Shown here: positions 29,796-36,176 of the stretch, in pieces
Position numbering within the stretch: the first letter of the stretch is position 1
Layout of the letters: each line of letters opens with the position of its first letter
Origin: an uncultured delta proteobacterium
GTDB lineage: Bacteria; Desulfobacterota; Deferrimicrobia; Deferrimicrobiales; Deferrimicrobiaceae
Assembly (NCBI GenBank): GCA_963770975.1
Contig: CAVYRM010000001.1
Location: 193,435-257,434 of the forward strand
Direction of reading: 5' to 3'
DNA length: 64,000 bases
The notes under the pieces: model-generated
The model's database searches: none
Seen by the model: only the letters and a program-made list of their open reading frames with translations
Told to the model about the DNA's origin: nothing
Translations under genes and position numbers: made by a program

Positions 29796-31382
29796 ATGTC
29801 CGTCTCCTTCCCGACAAAGTGCGTCCTGATCGCCGATCCGTCGGACAAGACCCGGCAGGCGTTGGCGGTGTACCTGCGCGAAAAGGGACTGGAGACCATC
29901 GAGGTGACCGACGGGAGCAAGGCGCTCTCCGAAACCCTCCTCAGGAAACCCGACATCCTCCTGCTGGACCTGTCGGTCCCGATCCTTCCGCCGGAGCGCC
30001 TGGTCCAGATACTGCAGGCGAACCCGAACACGAAGTCCATGCCGGTCTTTTTCCTCAGCGACCGGGAGCAGAGCGTGTCGGGGTTCCGGCAAGGCGTGGA
30101 CGAGTTCATCCGCAAGCCGTTCCACGAGGACGAGATCCTCCTCCGCATCCAGCGGGCGGTCTTCCAGAATCCGGCCACGGAGTCGCTGGCCGGGGACTCC
30201 GAGATCAGCGGAACCCTCAACCAGATCTTCCTGCCCGACCTCTGGCAGATGCTGTCGATGAACAGGAAAAGCGGGGTCCTCCACATCGAGGGGGATCATG
30301 CCTCCGGCGCCGTGTATATCGAAAAGGGCGAGATCGTGTCCGCCGACACCCAGAACATCGTCGGCGAGAAGGCCCTTTACCGCCTCATCCCCCTGAAAGA
30401 GGGAAAGTTCCGCTTTCTCCCGGGGAAAGTGGGGGTCCGAAGGACCATCTTCACCCCGAGCCAGCATGCGATCCTCGAGGGGATACGACACTCCGACGAG
30501 CTTCGGAAGCTTCAGGACACCCTCCCGCACCAGAAGGACTGCGTCGAATTGGTGGGGGAGGCCGGGGAGGCCGCCGCGCCGGGCGGGGTGGCCCGCGAGG
30601 TGTTGTTGCTGGCGGAGTTCTGCGCCACGGTGGAGGACATCGTCAACCATTGCGGCTTTCCCGACCTCCTGGTCTACGAGGCCCTTCTCGCGCTCCGCAA
30701 CCGGGGGATCCTTCGGTTCGGGAAATTCGACGTCCGGCCCCAGAAGAGCGATCTCCTCTCCTCCGATGAACTGGCCGACCTGATCACGCGGCTGGAGGAA
30801 CGGGAAACGGGGAAAGGGCAGGGGGCCGGCCAGATCGTCTTCTTCCTTCCCGATCCTTCCCTGCTGGAAGGCTTGATGATGGCCCTCGGGAAATACCGCG
30901 ACTTCCAGGTGGACAACGCGTTCTTCTCCCTCCGGCGGAAGGAGGGGGTCCCGCTGGGGATGTTCGGCCGGCTCAGCGTGGGGCAGAAACATTCGATCCG
31001 GCTCTACGCGTTCCCGTTCCTCCGTCCCCTCTCCCCGCTTTGGTACAACCTCGCCCCGTCCCCGCTCGGGATCGTGGTCTTCCTCAACGACGAGATGTCG
31101 GGATCGTTCGAAAGCCTCATGTCGGTTTCCGACTACACCCGCGGCGTCTCCGCGCGAGTGGTGCTCGCCGTGATGGGGAAGAATTTCTCCGACTTCGGCA
31201 TCGGTGAGAACACGCTTCAGCTCTTCAGGAACCGGATCGAACGGCTCGGATGCTCCCTGAAAGTGCATCCGATGAACCAGGTGACCACGGAGGAGATCCG
31301 GGATTCCCTCGCCGCGGTGATACGGCAATACCTCGAATCGGAAAAAGAGGGTTCGGCGCCCGCGACACGGGAAAATACGTAG
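29796..31382 (+). CDS. response regulator: REC + DUF4388/PATAN + C-terminal degenerate small-GTPase-like domain
   Basis: ATG at 29796, 2 nt after the upstream stop. REC (CVLIADPSD...ILLLDLSVP...DEFIRKPF). PATAN (GTLNQIFLPDLWQMLSMNRKSGVLHIEGD...GEKALYRLIPLKEGKFRF). The tail resembles a Ras/MglA fold lacking the nucleotide-binding motifs. Confidence 0.7.
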   Translation: MSVSFPTKCVLIADPSDKTRQALAVYLREKGLETIEVTDGSKALSETLLRKPDILLLDLSVPILPPERLVQILQANPNTKSMPVFFLSDREQSVSGFRQGVDEFIRKPFHEDEILLRIQRAVFQNPATESLAGDSEISGTLNQIFLPDLWQMLSMNRKSGVLHIEGDHASGAVYIEKGEIVSADTQNIVGEKALYRLIPLKEGKFRFLPGKVGVRRTIFTPSQHAILEGIRHSDELRKLQDTLPHQKDCVELVGEAGEAAAPGGVAREVLLLAEFCATVEDIVNHCGFPDLLVYEALLALRNRGILRFGKFDVRPQKSDLLSSDELADLITRLEERETGKGQGAGQIVFFLPDPSLLEGLMMALGKYRDFQVDNAFFSLRRKEGVPLGMFGRLSVGQKHSIRLYAFPFLRPLSPLWYNLAPSPLGIVVFLNDEMSGSFESLMSVSDYTRGVSARVVLAVMGKNFSDFGIGENTLQLFRNRIERLGCSLKVHPMNQVTTEEIRDSLAAVIRQYLESEKEGSAPATRENT

Positions 31383-31495
31383 CGAACGCCTCGTTTCCCC
31401 TGAAACATTGCCCCCGGATGGTATAGAATACCGGCGGCTGAAGAAACCGGCGGGATCATCCCGGGAAGCATAACGTACAAGGAGCATTCCGGAGC

Positions 31496-32194
31496 ATGGC
31501 GGAAAAGATTCGGTATACGCGTCGTGATTTGAAGGGCCCCGATGAATTCATCTCCACCTTCGGGCGGACCGTGGCCTGGTGCAAGGAGAACCGTACCAAG
31601 GTGGCCGGCGGAGCGATCGGCATCCTCGCCGTCGTCGCCCTGGCGTTCGGCACCCGGGCATACCTCCAGTGGGAGGAAAACAAGGCCGTTCGGGATCTAT
31701 GGCCGCACCTGAACAGGGCGAGGGAGGTCCTCCTGGCGCCATCGGCGGCGCCTCCGGACAAGGTGGCCGCCCTCGAGCAATTCCTCCAGGCGCACATCGC
31801 GATGCATCCGAACACCCGGGCCTCCGTATTCGCCCGTTACTACCTCGGCTGCATCGCCTTCGTCCGCGGGAATTACGACCTCTCGGTCACACAGTTCCGC
31901 GACGGGATCGCGTCGGGGAAGGAACTCGGGGCCATGAAGTACCTCTTCCGGCAGGGGCTCGCCAATTCCCTGGAAGCAAAGGGTGATTTTGCCGGCGCCG
32001 CCGCCGCGTACCGCGATATCGAGACATTCGCCGGACCGGAAGAGAAGATCCAGGCCCGTCTCGGGGAAGCCCGCGTCCTCTCCCTCGCGGGCAAAAAGAC
32101 GGAGGCAGCCGCCCTGTACCGACTGATCCTCAAGGAATCCCCGGAAACACCGATGCGGGACCTGGTCGAGGTCCAATTGGCGCACATGGAGTGA
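31496..32194 (+). CDS. membrane-anchored TPR protein (YfgM-like)
   Basis: 232 aa. One N-terminal TM helix (GGAIGILAVVALAFG) followed by TPR-like helical repeats. Confidence 0.6.
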   Translation: MAEKIRYTRRDLKGPDEFISTFGRTVAWCKENRTKVAGGAIGILAVVALAFGTRAYLQWEENKAVRDLWPHLNRAREVLLAPSAAPPDKVAALEQFLQAHIAMHPNTRASVFARYYLGCIAFVRGNYDLSVTQFRDGIASGKELGAMKYLFRQGLANSLEAKGDFAGAAAAYRDIETFAGPEEKIQARLGEARVLSLAGKKTEAAALYRLILKESPETPMRDLVEVQLAHME

Positions 32195-32216
32195 ACTCCC
32201 CCCGGGGAGACGCATC

Positions 32217-34484
32217 ATGAAGCTTCGGGTCTGTTTCCTGTGGCATATGCACCAGCCGTACTACAAGGACCCGGAGACCGGGTCCTACATCCTCCCATGG
32301 GTACGCCTCCACGCGATCAAGGATTACGCGGCCCTGCCGAGGATTTTTCGCGCCCATCCGGGAGTCCGGCACACCGTCAATCTCGTGCCGTCCCTTCTTG
32401 TCCAGGTCCGGGATTACGTGGAGAACGCCGCCGACGACATCTTCCTCGCGGTTTCCCGCAAGAACGCCCTCGACCTCACGGAGGAAGAGGAGCGGTTTCT
32501 CCTTCGGAACTTCTTCTCGGCGTTCGCCCCCACCATGATCCTGCCGCAGCCGCGGTATGCGGACCTGTTTCGGGGACATTTGAGAGCCCTGCACGCGGTC
32601 GGCAGGATGAACAGCGGGAACGGCGGATTCGGCGCATCGGAGTACACCGACCTGGTCACCCTGTTCAACCTGACCTGGTTCCACCCGATATTCCGCGATG
32701 AAGACCCGGAGCTGTCGCGCCTTTGGCGGAAGGGCAGCGGATACACGGAAAAGGAAAAACAGTACGTCCTCGACCACCAGATCATCGTCATGGGGCAGGT
32801 CTTCGAGGAGTACCGGCGATTATCCAATGAGGACGGCGGGGAGCTTTCCTCCTCCCCCATGTACCATCCGATCCTCCCCCTGTTGGTCGACAACCGATCC
32901 GCCCTCGATGCCTTGTCCGACGCCAAGCTTCCCGGACTCCCGTTCGCCTACCCGGCGGATGCCCGCCTGCAACTGGAAAAGGGGAAGAAGGTGTTTCGCG
33001 ATCTGTTCGGGGCCGACCCCGTCGGACTCTGGCCCTCGGAAGGATCGATCAGCCCTGAAACCCTCAACATTGCCGCCCAATTGCATTTCCGGTGGACCGC
33101 CACGGATGAAATTCTCCTGTCCAGGGCGTTCGGGAAACCCATCCGAAGGGATTCCGAGGGGGTACCCACGGAGCCGGAATGGTTTTATCGTCCGTATGCG
33201 GCCTCGACCCCTGGCGGGACCATCCCGGTTTTCTTCCGGGATCATCGTCTATCCGACCTGATCGGTTTTGAATACTCACGGTGGGACGCGAACGATGCAG
33301 CGAACAATTTCATACACAATATAAAGAAGATATATGAAAGCCTGAGCAACAACGGATCGGTGAGCGACAAAGGGGAATTCGTCATCCCGGTGATATTGGA
33401 CGGGGAAAACGCCTGGGAGTACTTCTTCGATTCAGGGGTATCTTTCCTGAACATATTATTAAGTAAACTTGAGGCATTACGTCCATCAATCGAATGCGTC
33501 ACATTATCCGAGACCCTGAGGAATCCGAACGATATACCCGAGCTTCCGTCGATTCCAACGGGATCCTGGATCGACGGCACCTTCAACATCTGGATCGGCC
33601 ATTCGGAAGATCATGCCGCATGGGAAATGTTGTCCCGGGCACGCTCCCTCTGGGAGGTAAGAAGCCGATCGGCGCTCAAGAACGCAACGGAACTGCCCCC
33701 CAATCTCCAACGCGCCCAGGAGTGCCTCCTTGTTGCGGAAGGATCGGACTGGTGCTGGTGGTACGGCGACGACCACTTTACCCCCCACGGCCCGGAATTC
33801 GACCGCCTGTTTCGCCATAATGTGAAAGTAGCGTATAAAGAAATTGGTGCCATTCCTCCGGATATACTGGATATTCCTATTATCAAACCGGAGAGAGTCG
33901 CTACGGAAAAGAACCGGATCGATGCACCGAGGTCCTACATTGCCCCCAAGGTGGACGGGGTCATCACATCGTATTTTGAATGGAATTCAGCGAGCAGGAT
34001 CCTGCCGAATCCGGAGTTCGGAACAATGCACCGGGCAGGACATATCCTTCTGTACTCCTATTATTACGGCTTCGATGAAGACGACATCTTCTTCCGGTTC
34101 GACCTGGATGAGGTGGCCATCGAGGCGACACAGTCCGTCAAACTCGAGATCCTGTTCCCGGAAAAGAACCGGAAGTTATCGATCCGCATGGAAATCCCCC
34201 CTGGAAATGTAACTCATTCCCTGGAAATGTTGAGCGACTCCAACGAAGTCGGGAATCAGAGCGTGAGCCTGGAGGCGGGGGATCGTTCCATCCGGGTTGC
34301 GTTCAAGAAAGTCCTCGAAATTGCGATTCCATTCGATGCGATCGACTGCGTCGCAGACGCCCGCCTGGAATTTTTCCTGACGGTCCAGACGGAGGGAACG
34401 CTCGGGGAACGTTGGCCCATGTTCGGAACATATTCGGCGGAGCTCCCGGGGAAGGATTTCAGGGAAAGGATGTGGGATGTCTGA
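32217..34484 (+). CDS. glycoside hydrolase family 57 protein (alpha-amylase/glucanotransferase-type)
   Basis: 755 aa. N-terminal FLWHMHQPYYKD...WVRLHAIKDY and later GENAWEYF / GSDWCWWYGDDH motifs are GH57 hallmarks. Confidence 0.85.
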   Translation: MKLRVCFLWHMHQPYYKDPETGSYILPWVRLHAIKDYAALPRIFRAHPGVRHTVNLVPSLLVQVRDYVENAADDIFLAVSRKNALDLTEEEERFLLRNFFSAFAPTMILPQPRYADLFRGHLRALHAVGRMNSGNGGFGASEYTDLVTLFNLTWFHPIFRDEDPELSRLWRKGSGYTEKEKQYVLDHQIIVMGQVFEEYRRLSNEDGGELSSSPMYHPILPLLVDNRSALDALSDAKLPGLPFAYPADARLQLEKGKKVFRDLFGADPVGLWPSEGSISPETLNIAAQLHFRWTATDEILLSRAFGKPIRRDSEGVPTEPEWFYRPYAASTPGGTIPVFFRDHRLSDLIGFEYSRWDANDAANNFIHNIKKIYESLSNNGSVSDKGEFVIPVILDGENAWEYFFDSGVSFLNILLSKLEALRPSIECVTLSETLRNPNDIPELPSIPTGSWIDGTFNIWIGHSEDHAAWEMLSRARSLWEVRSRSALKNATELPPNLQRAQECLLVAEGSDWCWWYGDDHFTPHGPEFDRLFRHNVKVAYKEIGAIPPDILDIPIIKPERVATEKNRIDAPRSYIAPKVDGVITSYFEWNSASRILPNPEFGTMHRAGHILLYSYYYGFDEDDIFFRFDLDEVAIEATQSVKLEILFPEKNRKLSIRMEIPPGNVTHSLEMLSDSNEVGNQSVSLEAGDRSIRVAFKKVLEIAIPFDAIDCVADARLEFFLTVQTEGTLGERWPMFGTYSAELPGKDFRERMWDV

Positions 34485-34497
34485 GGTTCTGCCGGAA

Positions 34498-34677
34498 TCA
34501 GTGCGATTGCGGTTTGTCGCAGTGGTGGATAAGGCCGACGGCTAACAGAAGTTCGGCGACGGAGGAAATGGAGCATTTCTCCTTCTTCGCCAGTTTACGG
34601 ATCTCCTCCAGTATCTCCGGTGAAAGAGTGAGGGCGATTCTTTTTTTGCGGGGCTGCCCGGTGCGCGGTCTTGCCAT
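34498..34677 (-). CDS. ribbon-helix-helix (CopG/Arc-type) DNA-binding protein, 59 aa (below the ORF-track length cutoff)
   Basis: Hand translation of the minus strand gives MARPRTGQPRKKRIALTLSPEILEEIRKLAKKEKCSISSVAELLLAVGLIHHCDKPQSH. Basic tail, then beta-strand (RIALTL) and two helices, which is the RHH pattern. No Shine-Dalgarno. Confidence 0.6.
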   Translation of the reverse strand: MARPRTGQPRKKRIALTLSPEILEEIRKLAKKEKCSISSVAELLLAVGLIHHCDKPQSH

Positions 34678-34696
34678 GCATCTATACTATTACTCG

Positions 34697-34712
34697 GGAC
34701 ATTAAAATGTCC
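34697..34712. promoter_or_regulatory. 6-bp-arm palindrome GGACAT-TAAA-ATGTCC 20 nt upstream of the RHH start (candidate operator)
   Basis: Read directly from the sequence at 34697-34712. Lies between the I9-like gene stop and the RHH ATG at 34677. Confidence 0.3.
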
Positions 34713-34725
34713 ACTAAAACCGGGG

Positions 34726-34752
34726 GCCATGCAGCGTCCGGCAATGTATATT
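34726..34752. repeat. 27-bp direct repeat copy 1 (GCCATGCAGCGTCCGGCAATGTATATT)
   Basis: 24/27 identical to 35318-35344. Abuts the stop codon of the I9-like gene. Contains the quasi-palindromic core AATGTATATT. Confidence 0.7.
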
Positions 34753-35195
34753 CACCGGGCAATCGCATGGGCGGAATGAATGCTAATCCGAGCATCGTAT
34801 TCAACAAAATCCACCGTTTCTTCGCACCGCATCGCAGCGAGCACGTCCGGCGCCAAATCAGCGCTAAAGCCTTTGATCGCATCCTCCCAAACAGAGCTCG
34901 GGGTAAAAGCGTAAAGCGCCGCCAACCGTGTGGTCTCCTGTGCGCTGTTCACCCCGGCGCGATAAACTACAATGTATCCCGGCGCCTGCGGATCGTATTG
35001 TCCCAATAGGGGTGCCGGATTCGCACATTCAGGCTTGATAGGTTCGTTTGGTTGAGTTTGTAAGCTATCATTGTCGCACCCCATTGATAGCAAGAGTGCT
35101 ACCAGCAGGCCAAGCATACGCACCGGATTCACCCGTTTCAGCAATTTTGGGGGCGGAACATGGGCTGGTAATGTATATTCCAGGACCTTTCGCAT
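34752..35195 (-). CDS. lipoprotein with peptidase-inhibitor I9 (subtilase propeptide-like) domain
   Basis: 147 aa. Signal peptide with lipobox-like LLLSMGC. C-terminal GYIVVYRAGVN...IKGFSADLAPDVLAAMRCEETVDFVEYD follows the I9 propeptide consensus. The start is ambiguous (ATG 35195 or in-frame GTGs downstream). Confidence 0.6.
   Translation of the reverse strand: MRKVLEYTLPAHVPPPKLLKRVNPVRMLGLLVALLLSMGCDNDSLQTQPNEPIKPECANPAPLLGQYDPQAPGYIVVYRAGVNSAQETTRLAALYAFTPSSVWEDAIKGFSADLAPDVLAAMRCEETVDFVEYDARISIHSAHAIAR
35166..35178. repeat. third copy of the repeat core (GGTAATGTATATT)
   Basis: Exact 13-mer shared with copy 2 (35332-35344). Lies 15-30 nt downstream of the ATG at 35195. Confidence 0.5.
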
Positions 35196-35202
35196 GGCCG
35201 GG

Positions 35203-35230
35203 ATGATAGGGGGACAATCGAGTCTGTCAA
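35203..35230 (-). promoter_or_regulatory. putative sigma70 promoter of the I9-like gene (TTGACA-16 nt-TATCAT)
   Basis: On the minus strand, TTGACA is at 35230-35225 and TATCAT at 35208-35203. Only 7 nt separate the -10 box from the ATG at 35195 and there is no Shine-Dalgarno, implying a leaderless or very short-leader mRNA if that ATG is used. Confidence 0.4.
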
Positions 35231-35317
35231 GTGGTTCCCTAAAAACCTTCCAAGCACCGTTACGTTTATTTGGAAATGGCGAGTACGGGAAATGCCTGGG
35301 GACCCGGACCCGGCGGT

Positions 35318-35344
35318 GCCATTTAGCGTCCGGTAATGTATATT
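35318..35344. repeat. 27-bp direct repeat copy 2 (GCCATTTAGCGTCCGGTAATGTATATT)
   Basis: 24/27 identical to 34726-34752. Begins 3 nt beyond the methyltransferase stop codon (35348-35350). Confidence 0.7.
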
Positions 35345-35347
35345 ATG

Positions 35348-36175
35348 TCAAATGACTTCCTGTTGTCCCGCCTTCCGCTTTCTTATGATCATGAACTCCC
35401 ACCCCATGTACACCGGGTTGACGCTCTTCTCCATGGCGTCGCAAACTTCGCGAATCATCGGTATTCGTTCGGCATACGGTATTTTCGGAAATATTCCTGC
35501 CGACTGTGCAGGTATCGACAGGAAGTCGAAAAGGAATTCCCGACTGACCTCGAATCGGTAATCCACACGGGTAGTACGAGTTTCCGGCAATTGATCAAGA
35601 AACGCATGAAGTTCCCCCACCGGGACCGCCCCGTACTGGTATTTCAGTTCCGGCAACGCTTTCGAAATCGCGTCATTCCCCTTCTCGTCGAAAAGACCGC
35701 CGTAAAAGCTGATCGAAATGACCCCTCCGGGGTGAAGAAGACCGTAGGCCTGGTGCAAGGAGTCCGCGAACCTCGGAAGCAGGAATATGGAAGCGGTATA
35801 GAAAATGGCATCGAACGCCTCGTTGAAATAAGCCGACAGATTTTCGGCGTCTCCCTGAATGAAATATACCCCGGGGAGATCGGTGCATCGTTCTTTCGCG
35901 CGAAAAAGCATCCGTTCGCTCAGGTCGATTGCGTAGATCTTGGGAAACCGATCAGAGATGGCACGGTGAAGCGCCAGCGTCGATATCCCCGTGCCACACC
36001 CGACATCGAGGATCCGTCGCGGTTCGGAGGGTGCGATCAACTCGAGTTGACGCCTGGTCAACGTGTCGAAAAGGTGGTGTTTCTCTTCAAAAAGATCGTA
36101 GGCGTCGGCGCTCTGATCGAAATTTTTTTCGACCGACGCCTTGAACCGGCTCCCGAAGTCACGGATTTTCGACAT
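35348..36175 (-). CDS. class I SAM-dependent methyltransferase
   Basis: 275 aa. ILDVGCGTGIST motif I and an acidic motif II (IYAIDLS). Start lies 1 nt downstream of the GGDEF gene stop. Confidence 0.8.
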   Translation of the reverse strand: MSKIRDFGSRFKASVEKNFDQSADAYDLFEEKHHLFDTLTRRQLELIAPSEPRRILDVGCGTGISTLALHRAISDRFPKIYAIDLSERMLFRAKERCTDLPGVYFIQGDAENLSAYFNEAFDAIFYTASIFLLPRFADSLHQAYGLLHPGGVISISFYGGLFDEKGNDAISKALPELKYQYGAVPVGELHAFLDQLPETRTTRVDYRFEVSREFLFDFLSIPAQSAGIFPKIPYAERIPMIREVCDAMEKSVNPVYMGWEFMIIRKRKAGQQEVI

Positions 36176-36176
36176 C

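Noticed and set aside
31430-31453. ACCGGCGG ... ACCGGCGG after the REC-PATAN gene, first taken for a terminator stem
   Set aside because: The two 8-mers are direct repeats, not inverted, so no hairpin forms and no T-tract follows.
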